NCBI GenBank assembly: GCA_034520965.1 | Contig: JAXHMY010000003.1 | Span: 416,001-480,000, forward strand | DNA: 64,000 nt | Direction: 5' to 3' | From: Spirochaetia bacterium | GTDB taxonomy: Bacteria; Spirochaetota; Spirochaetia; DSM-16054; Sediminispirochaetaceae | Part shown: piece by piece, positions 20,323 to 31,640 of the stretch | Layout: each line of letters opens with the position of its first letter | Position numbering within the stretch: the first letter of the stretch is position 1 | Made by a program: the position numbers and the translations under genes | Notes under the pieces: model-generated | What the model was told of the DNA's origin: nothing | Databases searched by the model: none | Seen by the model: the letters and a program-made list of their open reading frames with translations, nothing else

Positions 20323-22164
20323 ATGAAGATAAAGACGCGATTAATTTTTTCTAATGTGTTAGTAGCCGTGGGTATGCTCGGTCTGGTCATGGTGATGTAC
20401 TTTTATGGCGATTTGATTAACCGGTATAATTCTCTGCAGCTTGAAGCAAACCGGATTACAACTAAAGTCTACCAGACTAACTCGGCTCTTAAAACCACCC
20501 TGTTTACCGACGACTTTAAGCGGGATTTTGAGGTGTTTGAAAAGCAGTACCAGGACCTCTACACCTCGATTGAGAACTTTGTGGAGAACGATGATTTTAA
20601 AAGAATAGCTGCTGTTTCTGAAAAAAGCCGTGAAGAACAGCAGTCGCTTTTACGCATTTTAGAGATGACCGATGAAAAATATGCAGGAACCCAAGAGACG
20701 GCTCGGGCACTGATTGAAAGCACCTCCGGGTCTTTGCCCGGGCCCCTGGAAATTGATGAAGAGTTCTTTGAGGGAGAACTGTTTCAGGTAATACGCGCCG
20801 CACGTGACCTGGAAAACCTCACTATCTATCTGGGCGATGTGTTTGAAACGACCATCAATAGAGCTACCAGCATCATCAGTGAAACTGCGGAAAAGCAGCT
20901 TGTGACTATACAAATAATGGCCACCGCAGTAGCAGCGGTCATTTTATTAGTAATTGTAGGCTTTCTTTTTGCGATTATGTTTAGTTTAAGAAAAAAGCTG
21001 GATATTCTACAGGCATCTATCCAGATAATCGGACAAGGCGATTTTACTCATCACATCAAATTGAAAGGAAAAGACGAACTTACCCAGTTAGGCGATAGGG
21101 TAAACAGTTTTGTCGATGAGTTTTCCGTAATAATAGAAGAGGTGAAACAGAGAGCAGCCGCTACCTCCGCGCAAAAAGAGGAAGTAACCGGGGCCACCAA
21201 CGAATCTTCCGCCGCGGTGCATCAGATGAGTTCAAACATAAGCTCTATCTCACAAGAAATCCGACAACTTGTACAGCACATCTCCAGTTCCCGTGGTTCT
21301 ACGCAGCAAATTACCCAGAAAATTGTCGAACTTACCGAAAAAATCGAAACCCAGTCATCGGCAGTCACCCAGTCGACCTCGTCGGTCGAACAGATGAGTG
21401 CCAGTATCGAAAACGTCAATACCATCAGCGACCAGCGTAAAGAAGCCAGCGATCAACTAGTGGAAATTGTGGAACAGACCGATTCAAAACTGAGTGAAAC
21501 TAACAAGCTGATAAGCCAAAACGCCGAAGACACCAATCGGATTTTAGATATCATCGGCATCATCAACAATGTTGCCAGTAAAACTAACCTACTGTCGATG
21601 AATGCAGCTATTGAGGCTGCCCATGCGGGAGAAGCCGGGCGGGGGTTCGCGGTAGTTGCCGAGGAGATCCGCAATCTAGCTGAAACTACCAACGAAAACT
21701 CCAAGCAGATTCGCAGTACCATCAACACTATCGCAGACAGAATTACCCGTATTCAAGAGATGAGCACCGAAAGTCAATCCGCCTTCACTCAAGTAAAGGA
21801 GGAATCCAAGAACTCCAGTGATTCAATGGCGGAAATATCTTCCAGCATGGGCGAGCTGTCCCTCGGCAGCAAAGAAATAATGGAGGCCATGACCTCTCTG
21901 AGCCAAACTACCCAAAACATTCAGGAATCTGCCGGAGAAATGCGCGATAACACCAATGAGGTAAACAAATCCCTCGAAAAAATAGAGACCATCGGCCACC
22001 ACGTTGACGACGGCATCCACGAAATTGAGGATGGAGTTATTAACATCAGTACCTCAATGGAACATATCAACGACCTTAATCAGCAGAATGAAGAATCTGC
22101 CCGAAGCCTTACTCATGCAGTCCTCCGCTTTAAAACAGCTGAGGCAGAAGGACAGGGCGACTAG
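20323..22164 (+). CDS. Methyl-accepting chemotaxis protein (2 TM, HAMP)
   Basis: [33 protein letters not shown]. Confidence 0.95.
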   Translation: MKIKTRLIFSNVLVAVGMLGLVMVMYFYGDLINRYNSLQLEANRITTKVYQTNSALKTTLFTDDFKRDFEVFEKQYQDLYTSIENFVENDDFKRIAAVSEKSREEQQSLLRILEMTDEKYAGTQETARALIESTSGSLPGPLEIDEEFFEGELFQVIRAARDLENLTIYLGDVFETTINRATSIISETAEKQLVTIQIMATAVAAVILLVIVGFLFAIMFSLRKKLDILQASIQIIGQGDFTHHIKLKGKDELTQLGDRVNSFVDEFSVIIEEVKQRAAATSAQKEEVTGATNESSAAVHQMSSNISSISQEIRQLVQHISSSRGSTQQITQKIVELTEKIETQSSAVTQSTSSVEQMSASIENVNTISDQRKEASDQLVEIVEQTDSKLSETNKLISQNAEDTNRILDIIGIINNVASKTNLLSMNAAIEAAHAGEAGRGFAVVAEEIRNLAETTNENSKQIRSTINTIADRITRIQEMSTESQSAFTQVKEESKNSSDSMAEISSSMGELSLGSKEIMEAMTSLSQTTQNIQESAGEMRDNTNEVNKSLEKIETIGHHVDDGIHEIEDGVINISTSMEHINDLNQQNEESARSLTHAVLRFKTAEAEGQGD

Positions 22165-22245
22165 AGCTGCAGCCACCACTCAGGCATAGCGGCGAAGGGT
22201 CTGAGTGCGCGGGGCATTAATTTCTTGACTCGGTTGGAGCAGGAT

Positions 22246-22890
22246 ATGACAGTTATAATAGACTTGATAGTAAACTCAATTTACCTTTTAGCCGTTATAA
22301 ACCCTCTGAGTAAGGTGGCCCTTCTAGCAATGGGCCAACAGGCGGAAGAGGCCGAAGCTGCAGCAGCGTACCAAGTAACGGATAAAGTTAAGATTTTTCC
22401 CCTTATCCTGCGTTCAACCATTGTCGGCGCCCTGCTGCTGTATGCCTTAATTATTTTTGGTGAGGCAATTCTCAACCAGGTGTTCCATGTGGAGATATAC
22501 TCTTTACGGGTTGCAGGTGGACTGGTGCTCTCTACTGTAGGCTTTCAGGCCCTTAAAACCGGAATGTTTTTTGGCCACGACAACCACAGCAAGTTCGTTG
22601 ACCTGGCAATAGTTCCCCTTGCCTGTCCCATGATCGCCGGCCCTGCCTCGATTACCGCCTCCATCACCCTCTCGATCGAAATAGGCATACCCATAACTCT
22701 GATTGCGGTGAGTATCGCCCTGGCCTTGAACCTCGGAATCATGGCCTTCTCCCGTCCTATCAGCGCGTTGCTCAGCCGCTACAATGTGCTGGGCGCCTTC
22801 ATCCGAATTACCGGTCTGGTGGTCATGACCATCGGCGTACAGATGGTGTTCAATGGCATATCCGGCTGGATGACAGCGATGGGGCTCTAA
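22246..22890 (+). CDS. MarC-family membrane protein
   Basis: VINP, VAGG, VPLACPMIAGPASI. Confidence 0.88.
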   Translation: MTVIIDLIVNSIYLLAVINPLSKVALLAMGQQAEEAEAAAAYQVTDKVKIFPLILRSTIVGALLLYALIIFGEAILNQVFHVEIYSLRVAGGLVLSTVGFQALKTGMFFGHDNHSKFVDLAIVPLACPMIAGPASITASITLSIEIGIPITLIAVSIALALNLGIMAFSRPISALLSRYNVLGAFIRITGLVVMTIGVQMVFNGISGWMTAMGL

Positions 22891-22914
22891 GCGACGGTTT
22901 TCTTAGTATTCGAC

Positions 22915-23777
22915 CTAGTATTCGATCACCAGACCACTGCCCACTTCTGTAAGCGGAGCGACTGTAGACAGGGCAATTTTACTGTGTAGGTCAGTGCAGT
23001 GACAGGCCCTTAGGCTGGGCAGCTTCAGGCTGCTCAGATACTCCACGGTTCCATCCAGCTGGGCCTTGGGGGGATCCAGCAAATGTAAGCCGCCGATAAT
23101 ATCCACTACCCTTTCAATCCCCGTAATACGGCGGGCGGCCTCGACAATGTTGCAGACCCCTGCGTGGGAGCAGCCGGTAATAATGACCAGTCCATCATCG
23201 GCAAGGTATGCCAGGGCAGTGTCATCGAGGAGCTCATCCGGCTGGAGGTAGTTTTCATTTTCGGTTGTCCGATAGCCTATGGGACCAGGATGTTCGAACT
23301 CCATGATACGCTCGATTTCGCCGCAGAAATACCAGGCGATCATCCAGCCACAGGGGCTCACGGCTGCTGTGCAGATGAAAGCTGCGGGATAGAAGTTCCC
23401 TCCCAAGGGTTGAGCCGATGGAGATGCCTGGTGAGTCGGGAGAACAGGATTCAAGGAATTTGGGAAGAAACGCATCGGGGTGAGCTACCAGACGAGGGAC
23501 CTTATCGAGGCGGCGCTCAAAGCGGGCCTCCATATATTCCTTAAGCAGCACATCGAGCCCGCCCGTATGGTCGATATGCCCGTGGGAGAGAACGAGAGTG
23601 TCGATGCTGAGCAAATCGATACCGAGGGTATGGGCATTACGCAAAAAGGCATCGGAATAGCCGACATCGAAGAGCACCCGGCTCTGCTCGGTTTCCACGA
23701 AATAAGAGACTCCCGGTTCGCCGAAGTAGTAGCGGTCTATAAGGGTATTGTTGTCGACGTAGTACTGATAGTTTCAT
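22915..23777 (-). CDS. Metallo-beta-lactamase-fold hydrolase (DHPS-like MBL family), two indels
   Basis: VDN, LFDVG, SHGHIDHTGG, GCSHAG, IGGLH, CHCT across three frames. Confidence 0.85.
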
Positions 23778-23853
23778 ATATCCATAATAGTGCTCCGTGA
23801 CAAGATTTGCCATGAAAAAAAATTACAAGTATACTTTGAGTAAGGAGTACCAT

Positions 23854-24093
23854 ATGTTTCCAGTCAAAAAACGCCCTAATGTCATTGCTATCGAAAAAGA
23901 GATTGATGCCCGCTATCTTGAGTCGGTTCTGAAAGACCGGGAGATTCCCTACCATATGGTTTCGTACCACGACTCTGCCTACGCCGGCCTGTTTCAGCTG
24001 GAACACGGCTGGGGACATGTAGAAGTTCCCGAAGATAGAGTTGAGGAAGTAGAGCAGATTTACCGTGAAGTGCTGGAGGCAGGGCCTCAATAA
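23854..24093 (+). CDS. Small DUF2007-like putative signal-transducing protein
   Basis: SD AAGGAG; L...IP...SYHDSAYAGLFQ...GWG. Confidence 0.7.
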   Translation: MFPVKKRPNVIAIEKEIDARYLESVLKDREIPYHMVSYHDSAYAGLFQLEHGWGHVEVPEDRVEEVEQIYREVLEAGPQ

Positions 24094-24118
24094 CATTACA
24101 AATTGTAAGGAGGACACT

Positions 24119-24286
24119 ATGATCACTCCAATTTTTTGGCTGGCTCCGATTACGTCTCTGATTGCCCTCGGAGCAGCGTTTTACTTTTATAAGCAAACAT
24201 TGAAAGAGAGCGAGGGCACCGCCCTGGGGGCGGCCGCAGCCGGCTGCCCCACAGGTGAGCGCTCTACTGGAAGAGCATTTTTTTAA
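24119..24286 (+). pseudogene. hppA: N-terminal remnant of a membrane Na+/H+-translocating pyrophosphatase
   Basis: Strong SD; MITPIFWLAPITSLIALGAAFYFYKQTLKESEGT resembles TM1 plus the EGT motif of membrane PPases, then diverges and stops. Confidence 0.65.
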
Positions 24287-24293
24287 AATACTC

Positions 24294-24818
24294 TTAAAAA
24301 GTAAAGCGTGCGAATACGTCGCCAATATAGGCAAAGTTGTTAAAATCGGCCGCTTCCGGGGCGAAGAAGAACCCGGCTCCGGTCCCGACGCTGAAGCTTT
24401 CCGAGAAGCGATAGGCGACCGAAACCTCCGGTAGATAGTACTGGCCGGTGTTGATGTCGTTGTACAGACCGAAGAATAAGAAAACTCCGCCGCCGACATG
24501 GCTGCTGAGGGTGAATGGCCCGACATCGGTTTCGAGAGTGACAATGGGATAGGCCATCGTTTCGAGGATAATCGTAAACAGGCGGGCACCGACACCGATT
24601 TTGATACCCGATTCGTTGAAGAAGTAGTTGTATTTGACATCCGGTACCAGGAACGCATAATCGAGGGCCGCCCCCATATCTCCTTCGTCATCTGCCGCTT
24701 CAACACCGATATAATAGGGAATATGCAGACCGATATCCACCTGCGAATCCGCTGCTGCAGGTAAGGCTGCACCAAGCAGTATCACTACTAATCCGACAAT
24801 TACCGTTTTTTTACCCAT
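24294..24818 (-). CDS. Exported protein, probable small outer-membrane beta-barrel
   Basis: Signal peptide (AAA-D), alternating aromatic/Gly strands, C-terminal ARFTF. Confidence 0.6.
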   Translation of the reverse strand: MGKKTVIVGLVVILLGAALPAAADSQVDIGLHIPYYIGVEAADDEGDMGAALDYAFLVPDVKYNYFFNESGIKIGVGARLFTIILETMAYPIVTLETDVGPFTLSSHVGGGVFLFFGLYNDINTGQYYLPEVSVAYRFSESFSVGTGAGFFFAPEAADFNNFAYIGDVFARFTF

Positions 24819-24911
24819 ACCCTGCCTCCTGCATTAAGTATTACACTAGTAAGTATACCACTTATTTGTAAAAATACAGAATTAAAACGGTTCGGATCTG
24901 TCGGCCGGCGG

Positions 24912-26153
24912 CTAAAAACTTTCACTGAGCATAATTGGCAGACCGGGCTTAAAGAGCAAGGAAAGCTCCGCCTCGGCATTCGGAGTAAGCAATCCCATCT
25001 CGGCGCTTGAAACCCTACCGGCAAGAGCCAATTGCTGCCAGCTGTAGGCTCCGAACAGCAGTGACGAGAAACTCTCGAAGGAGATTTCGTTCTCTCCGGT
25101 AAAGGCTCCAACCGATAGCTCCCCGGAATTTATTGTATAAGTGGCCGTATTGGCCTCAATCATCGGATCCTGCAGGGAGAAGCGAAGGGTTCCGGAGTAG
25201 CCGGACTGCTTCATTTTCATTTTTAGAAGTTCCTGCACTGCTAAGGGACGGGCCATCCACTCCGAATCTGATGTAATTTTTATCCGAGGCTCCCCCATCA
25301 GCAGGTGGACCGGGACATCCCGGGGGGTACGCAGGACTATCTCTAGGCACTGATCCCGATGCCGGGCCAAAAAGCTCATAAGAGCCCGAAACCCCTCAGT
25401 GGTTAAATAGGCAAAGCGCTGAACCTCTATCCGTACGTTATCTTCCCCGACCGGTCGCATTTTATACTGCAGGTATCCAACCGCCTGTCCCTCCAAATTT
25501 CGGTACAGATAGGCTTGCTCATTTTGAGAACCTATATAACGGCGCTGCTGTTCGGCTGTCATCGGCAGTTCTATTCCGAGGCTGTAATTTTCCGTCCAGC
25601 CGTTATACACCTGCTGTGCCTCGGCAAAACGCTGTGAGAACAAGTCGATCATATCCGGCTTATCCAGCTCTTCACGGCCGCTTACCAGGGGCTCGAAAGT
25701 ACCGGCTACTTGCGAAAGCAGTTCCGCCTGAATATCCCGAGGGGTGAAGCGATAAGAATGCCGCGCTCCAAGGCTTCCATACCCAAACTTGGCGTAAAAC
25801 TGAAACAGAAAAGGGTAAAGTGCCGATGCGTGAAAGCCGGCTTCATAGGCGTCCTTTAGAATTCGGTTCATCAGTGTCCGCACATGGCCTTTGTTTCTCG
25901 CCTCCGGGGCTGAGGCAACGTAGGTGATTCCGTGGAGCCTAATGGGCTGCCCCCACAAATTGGAATTAAAATCACGGCTAATGATTCCTGTCTCTAATCG
26001 ATCCTGCTCAAATAATCCATATGCTTCATCCTCATCGCCAAGGAAAGAAAATATTGGCGCCGACTGGCTGAATTCATCGCTGAAACAGTAACGGATCAAC
26101 TCCCGGTAGCGGTTAAATTCCTCTGCGCTTTCCAGAATCCGAACTTCACTCAC
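24912..26153 (-). CDS. Eis-like GNAT acetyltransferase with SCP2-like C-terminus
   Basis: VASAPEARNKG, LYPF..FYAKFGY; GTG start with AGGAGG. Confidence 0.85.
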   Translation of the reverse strand: MSEVRILESAEEFNRYRELIRYCFSDEFSQSAPIFSFLGDEDEAYGLFEQDRLETGIISRDFNSNLWGQPIRLHGITYVASAPEARNKGHVRTLMNRILKDAYEAGFHASALYPFLFQFYAKFGYGSLGARHSYRFTPRDIQAELLSQVAGTFEPLVSGREELDKPDMIDLFSQRFAEAQQVYNGWTENYSLGIELPMTAEQQRRYIGSQNEQAYLYRNLEGQAVGYLQYKMRPVGEDNVRIEVQRFAYLTTEGFRALMSFLARHRDQCLEIVLRTPRDVPVHLLMGEPRIKITSDSEWMARPLAVQELLKMKMKQSGYSGTLRFSLQDPMIEANTATYTINSGELSVGAFTGENEISFESFSSLLFGAYSWQQLALAGRVSSAEMGLLTPNAEAELSLLFKPGLPIMLSESF

Positions 26154-26288
26154 TTTGCTGCCTCCTGTCTTCCTTGCGATCAAAAACTACTGATACCACA
26201 CCCGGCTGCAGAGCGTCAATGAGCGCTTGAATAATTGGGATAGCTGTAATATAACTACATAATCTTGTAGCGTTTGAGAAACTTGCGT

Positions 26289-27107
26289 ATGTCGGAACGA
26301 CAACTTTCTATACTGGTAGTCGATGACAATCCAGTTAATCAACTCTATTTAAGGACCCTTCTATCCAAAATGGGCCATAGGGTTACAATGGCCTCCGATG
26401 GTGCAGAAGCTATAAGGCTTTTTCAGCAAGAGGGCATCGACCTTATATTTATGGACGTGCAGATGCCCGGAACCGATGGGTTTAAAGCGGCTATGCGAAT
26501 CAGAGAGATTGAGGCCACCGCAGATCCACCTCGGCAAAGAACTCCGATCAGTGCCCTTTCGGCTTACCCGCTGCGTGAAGAGACTCATCGCGAAGAGATT
26601 GTTCATTTTGACTATTATCTGACCAAACCGGTAACCACGCAAATGGTCAAAGATGCAATTGAGCGGCTCATCCATCAGAATCGGACTTACCCTGAACAAG
26701 CCCAGCTTGAGCTACACCTGGGATCAGATGCAGAACCGGGAAGCGTGAGCCATAAACAGACAAGCCCCTACCTGCAGGCCCTCCTGCATGAGTATCGGAA
26801 TAACCAGGATGACCTCAGAACCTTGTTGCAAATGGCCTTAAAGGAACTGCCCGAAAGCCTCTCACAAATGGATTCCTGCCTCAGAAGCAAAGAACTTCAG
26901 AAAGGCTGTAAAAAAGCCCATTCGATTGCAAATGTAGTTGGGATTCTCCAAGCTGCCGCCGAACGCGACCTTGCACTCAGAGTAGAAAGATTGCTTCAAG
27001 CAGGAAACTGGGAACGTGCCCGTTCCGATTACCTCAAGCTTCACCAGCAGGTCACTGAGCTGCTGAACATGTATCGTGTACTGCTCACTCGCGAACTGGG
27101 CAATTAA
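26289..27107 (+). CDS. REC plus Hpt phosphorelay protein
   Basis: VVDDN, FMDVQMP, LTKP; Hpt-like KAHSIAN. Confidence 0.8.
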   Translation: MSERQLSILVVDDNPVNQLYLRTLLSKMGHRVTMASDGAEAIRLFQQEGIDLIFMDVQMPGTDGFKAAMRIREIEATADPPRQRTPISALSAYPLREETHREEIVHFDYYLTKPVTTQMVKDAIERLIHQNRTYPEQAQLELHLGSDAEPGSVSHKQTSPYLQALLHEYRNNQDDLRTLLQMALKELPESLSQMDSCLRSKELQKGCKKAHSIANVVGILQAAAERDLALRVERLLQAGNWERARSDYLKLHQQVTELLNMYRVLLTRELGN

Positions 27108-30100
27108 TTTCTTGATAAGTCCTTTGATAAGTGGAGCGGCCGCACAAGCTTCTGCTGGGTGCGGGCATAGCGAATTCCCTGCAGAGTTGCCCAGGCAGCA
27201 GTCGAAGTGGTGGTATAGGGAATACGCAGCTTCACCGCTTGTATCCGCACTTGCTCATCATCATGCTGCGAAAACTGCCCCATAGGGGTGTTGATAATGG
27301 CTTGAACCTTTCCGCTTCGCAGATAATCCGCCAGGTTCGGTCGCCCCTCATGAAGCTTAAGCACAACCTCGGGAAAAACCCCATGCGTAAAAAGATACTC
27401 CGCAGTGCCGCGAGTAGCTAAAATGTGAAAACCCATCTCGGAAAGCTCCTGGACAATCGGAAGAATAGTTGCTTTGTCCTTGTCATGCACCGATACAAAG
27501 ACAGCCCCCTCTTTAGGCAGAGTACTTCCGGCGGCCGCCTGCGCTTTAAGAAAGGCCTCTCCCAGGCTATCCCCGCTGCCCATTACCTCTCCTGTAGACT
27601 TCATCTCCGGCGACAAAAGAGGATCCAAACGCTCAAACCGTTCAAAGGAAAACACCGCTTCCTTTACCGCCCACTTCTCCAAAGGAGTACCTACACCAAA
27701 GCCGTCCGTACAGAGGCCAAGCTCCTCAAGGTTGCCTCCGGTCCACACATGCACCGCCGCATCAACCAGATTAACCCCAGATGCCTTCGCTAAAAAAGGA
27801 ATAGTCCGGGAGGCACGGGGATTTACCTCAATAACATATAGCTCCTCGTCCTTTAGGGCAAACTGTATATTAAGCAGGCCTTTCACCTCCAGCGCCCGAG
27901 CAATTGTGGTCGCAACCCTATACATTTCCTGATTTTTTTCCGTCGAAGTCTTATAGGCGGGAAATACGCAGGCACTGTCACCGGAATGAACACCCGCCGA
28001 CTCAATATGCTGCATAAGACCGGCAATATACACGTTTTGCCCATCACACAGCAAATCAAGATCGTACTCAAAGGCATCCTCCAGAAACTGATCCACCAGT
28101 ACCGGATGCTGCTCATCGACTTCCAGCTGGGTGTGCAGCAGCAGCTCCAACTCTTTTTCTGTAAAGGCCACACTCATGCTCTGTCCTCCCAGCACAAAGG
28201 AGGGACGCAATAAAACCGGGTATCCAATTTCAGCCGCGTACTCATGCACTTGCACAACTGAAAGGGCGGTTAGATTTCGTGGTTGCCGAATCCCCAAAGA
28301 GGTCATGAGCTCACTGAACTGTCGGCGATCTTCGGTGCGCTGGATGCCGGCAACCGAGGTACCGATTACCTCGATACCGGAATCTGCCAACTCTTCGGCA
28401 ATATTCAACGGTGTTTGTCCCCCCAACTGAACCACCACCTTTCGAATTCCCTCTTTCTGCAACACCGACTGTACGAATTCGGGATGAACCGGTTCAAGGT
28501 ACAGGCGGTCGGAAATGTTGAAGTCGGTAGAGACGGTTTCGGGATTAGAGTTAATCATGACCGCCTTAATACCTCGACGGCGGTAGGAAAGGGAGGCCAA
28601 GGTGCACCCGGTGTCAAACTCTACCCCCTGTCCTATGCGGTTGGGGCCGCTGCCGATAATCAAAACCGCTTCGCTGCCCAGGGGATCCCCCTCATCAATC
28701 TCACCATAAGTTGAATAAAAGTAAGGAGTCTCAGCACTGAACTCTCCGGCACAGGTATCCACCAAATGATACCCCGGCTGCAGTTTTAGGCTGAGCCGCA
28801 GAGCAGTCAGCTTCGCTGCAGACATTCCAAATCGGCGGGCAATCCGACGATCGGTAAGTCCCGCTCGTTTAGCCCGTAGCAGCAGATCGAAACCCGGCTC
28901 TCCGCTGTTGGACCCACTGTGGAGCGATCCGGCATCGGCAAGCTCCTCCTCCACTTCGGCAATTTCTGAAAGATTATACAGTACCCAGGGGTCGAATCCG
29001 GTTTTTGTAGAAAGAGCTGCAATTGCGCGCTTCCCCTCCCGCCGGATAACCGTATAGGCCGCCCAAAGGCGCAGAGGATGGGCGGTCTCCAGCATTTTAT
29101 CCAATCCGTCATAGCCCATATCCAGCTCTTCCAAGCCTTCATACCCGATTTCAGCCGCACATACTGCCTTATTAAGCGCTTCAGGAAAGGTCCGTCCGAT
29201 TGCCAGCGCCTCTCCTACCGACTTCATCTGGGTACCCAGTTGGGTATGACCATGGGGAAACTTTTTCAGTTCAAAACGAGGAACCTTTACCGCACAATAA
29301 TCCAAGGCCGGCTCAAAACTGGAAACGGTTTTCCCGGTTATCTCGTTGACTACCTCATCCAGTGTATAACCCACGGAGAGTTTTGCCGAACAGCGGGCAA
29401 TGGGAAAGCCGGTAGCCTTACTTGCCAAGGCCGAGGAGCGAGAGACCCGCGGGTTCATTTCTCTTACAATCATGCGTCCGGTATCAGGGTCGACTGCAAA
29501 TTGCACATTCGAACCTCCGCAATCCACCCCAACCTTCCGCATAATATTCATAGCCGCCAAGCGCATCTGCTGATATTCGCGGTCGCTGAGGGTCTGTGCC
29601 GGAGCAACTGTAATACTGTCGCCGGTGTGAACCCCCATTGGATCAATATTTTCAATAGAGCAGATAACCGCAGTGTTGTCCGCCTTATCCCGGACCAGTT
29701 CCAGTTCATACTCCTTCCATCCTACGAGGGACTCCTCCACTAAGGCCTGGTGTACCGGGCTCACAGCCAGGGCGTTGCTGATAAGTTCGGCAAACTCTGC
29801 TTCGGTTTCGGCAATACTGCCCCCCTGTCCACCAAGAGTATAGCTTGGCCGAATAATGATAGGCAGCCCCGACTGCCCCTTAAACTCCAGCGCTGCCTCA
29901 AGGTCACCTATCAATGCCGAGTTGGGTACCTCTATTCCAAGCTCACCGGCGAGCTGCTTAAACCGTCCACGATCTTCGGCCAGTCGTATCGCATTGACAG
30001 TAGCTCCTATCATCTCAACACCAAACTCCGAAAAAGTTCCCGCCTCATACAGTTCGAGGGCTAGATTGAGGGCGGTTTGTCCTCCCATCGTCGGGAGCAC

Positions 30101-30355
30101 CGCATCCGGTCGCTCCTTTGCAATAATCTCTCGCACATAGTCGGCCGAAAGCGGTTCGGCATAGATTGCATCGGCCAGGCCCGGGGTTGTCATTACCGTA
30201 GCCGGGTTCGGATTCACCAGCACAATCCGGTAGCCCTCCTCCTTCAGTGCGCTCACCGCCTGGGTCCCCGAATAGTCAAACTCACAGGCCTGTCCTATTA
30301 CTATTGGCCCCGATCCGATGATTAAAATGCTGCTAATATCTTGTCTGGCGGGCAT
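27104..30355 (-). CDS. carB: Carbamoyl-phosphate synthase large subunit
   Basis: [24 protein letters not shown], duplicated ATP-grasp domains, MGS domain. Confidence 0.97.
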   Translation of the reverse strand: MPARQDISSILIIGSGPIVIGQACEFDYSGTQAVSALKEEGYRIVLVNPNPATVMTTPGLADAIYAEPLSADYVREIIAKERPDAVLPTMGGQTALNLALELYEAGTFSEFGVEMIGATVNAIRLAEDRGRFKQLAGELGIEVPNSALIGDLEAALEFKGQSGLPIIIRPSYTLGGQGGSIAETEAEFAELISNALAVSPVHQALVEESLVGWKEYELELVRDKADNTAVICSIENIDPMGVHTGDSITVAPAQTLSDREYQQMRLAAMNIMRKVGVDCGGSNVQFAVDPDTGRMIVREMNPRVSRSSALASKATGFPIARCSAKLSVGYTLDEVVNEITGKTVSSFEPALDYCAVKVPRFELKKFPHGHTQLGTQMKSVGEALAIGRTFPEALNKAVCAAEIGYEGLEELDMGYDGLDKMLETAHPLRLWAAYTVIRREGKRAIAALSTKTGFDPWVLYNLSEIAEVEEELADAGSLHSGSNSGEPGFDLLLRAKRAGLTDRRIARRFGMSAAKLTALRLSLKLQPGYHLVDTCAGEFSAETPYFYSTYGEIDEGDPLGSEAVLIIGSGPNRIGQGVEFDTGCTLASLSYRRRGIKAVMINSNPETVSTDFNISDRLYLEPVHPEFVQSVLQKEGIRKVVVQLGGQTPLNIAEELADSGIEVIGTSVAGIQRTEDRRQFSELMTSLGIRQPRNLTALSVVQVHEYAAEIGYPVLLRPSFVLGGQSMSVAFTEKELELLLHTQLEVDEQHPVLVDQFLEDAFEYDLDLLCDGQNVYIAGLMQHIESAGVHSGDSACVFPAYKTSTEKNQEMYRVATTIARALEVKGLLNIQFALKDEELYVIEVNPRASRTIPFLAKASGVNLVDAAVHVWTGGNLEELGLCTDGFGVGTPLEKWAVKEAVFSFERFERLDPLLSPEMKSTGEVMGSGDSLGEAFLKAQAAAGSTLPKEGAVFVSVHDKDKATILPIVQELSEMGFHILATRGTAEYLFTHGVFPEVVLKLHEGRPNLADYLRSGKVQAIINTPMGQFSQHDDEQVRIQAVKLRIPYTTTSTAAWATLQGIRYARTQQKLVRPLHLSKDLSRN

Positions 30356-30356
30356 G

Positions 30357-31553
30357 CTAATTACCTCCCTGTGCAATTGATAAAAACTCGTCAAAAACCC
30401 ATAATGTATCGTAGGGGCCGGGGGCAGCTTCCGGGTGAAATTGTACGGAGGCTATTCTCTTTTTCCGGTGACGAATTCCCTCAATCGTCTGGTCATTTGC
30501 ATTTTTCATCCATAACTCAAGCCCTTCAGGCAGCAGTGCCTCTCCAGACACCGCAAAACCGTGGTTTTGAGAGGTAATGTACACCCGGCCGCTCTCCTCA
30601 TCACGTACCGGATGGTTGAGTCCATGATGACCGAACTTCATTTTGTAAGTCTGTGCACCGAAGGCCAGGCTAATTATCTGATGACCAAGACAAATACCAA
30701 ACAGGGGATAGTTTTTTCCTATATCAGAGGCCAGCTGGATAGGGCCCCCCAACACGGCCGGGTCGCCTGGTCCGTTTGAAAGCAGAACTGCATCCGGACC
30801 AATTGCATCTACTTCCCGGCGAGATACCCCAGCCGGTAAAATCGTTACGCGGCATCCACGATGGATGAGTTCCCGTTTAATATTGGCCTTGTACCCAAAA
30901 TCTATCAGTGCAACGTGTAGGTTTTTCTTTTTTGAGTACCTAGCTGGTTCAGCCTTCTGCGCGGTTTTTCCCTCATCAAGGCCTTGATCAAGGGCAGCCT
31001 CACGCCGCTCTTGCAGCTGGGAGACTATATCGCGCCCCTCCATATCCGGATACCCGGTTAACAGGGTAATACATGCAGCGGTCTCGGCATTGCTCAGCGT
31101 GTCGGCTTCGCTAGGGCTGACAATCATTCCCTTTTGATTTCCACTGGTACGGATCTTGAGGGTAAGAGCCCGCGTATCTACACCTGAAATTCCGGGAATT
31201 CCACGACGTTCCATGAAGCTATGCAGTGACTCTCGGCCGGCCGGGACTGCTCCGCGATATACACTTCGCACTATAAGCCCCGCCGCCCCAATACCGGGTA
31301 CTTCTGATTCCGACCAATCTTCATGGTCACCATAGTTACCGATGTGAGGATAGGTCATCAGGACCAGTTGTCCGATGTAAGACGGATCGGTGAGAATTTC
31401 GTGGTAGCCGGTCATGCCGGTATTGAATACAACCTCTCCTATGCCCGCTTCAGCCTGCTTGGCTGCTTCATCTACGGTTGGAGCCACAGCTCCAAAAGCA
31501 ATTCCTTTAAGTAAGCTTCCGTCATCCAAAACTAGAAAAACCTGTTTCTGCAT
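30357..31553 (-). CDS. carA: Carbamoyl-phosphate synthase small subunit
   Basis: [27 protein letters not shown]. Confidence 0.97.
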   Translation of the reverse strand: MQKQVFLVLDDGSLLKGIAFGAVAPTVDEAAKQAEAGIGEVVFNTGMTGYHEILTDPSYIGQLVLMTYPHIGNYGDHEDWSESEVPGIGAAGLIVRSVYRGAVPAGRESLHSFMERRGIPGISGVDTRALTLKIRTSGNQKGMIVSPSEADTLSNAETAACITLLTGYPDMEGRDIVSQLQERREAALDQGLDEGKTAQKAEPARYSKKKNLHVALIDFGYKANIKRELIHRGCRVTILPAGVSRREVDAIGPDAVLLSNGPGDPAVLGGPIQLASDIGKNYPLFGICLGHQIISLAFGAQTYKMKFGHHGLNHPVRDEESGRVYITSQNHGFAVSGEALLPEGLELWMKNANDQTIEGIRHRKKRIASVQFHPEAAPGPYDTLWVFDEFLSIAQGGN

Positions 31554-31563
31554 ACACCCTCTC

Positions 31564-31608
31564 TGCATAATTATGCGTTTATTAAAAGCAGAGTATTATA
31601 TTTATGCA
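31564..31608. promoter_or_regulatory. Two ARG-box-like sites upstream of carA
   Basis: TGCATAATTATGCG (31564-31577) and TGCATAAATATAAT (minus strand, 31595-31608). Confidence 0.6.
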
Positions 31609-31640
31609 GAATTGGTCAATACCTATTTATATTAAAACAG

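Noticed and set aside
23252..23272. Partial match to the 40-bp element (ttttcattttcggttgtccg)
   Set aside because: Inside the MBL coding sequence, with no hairpin; likely chance.
23888..24775. 295-aa minus-strand ORF and similar long shadow ORFs (e.g. 35361-36062, 29078-29743, 46815-47429)
   Set aside because: They overlap well-supported genes in other frames or strands and have no SD or recognisable motifs.
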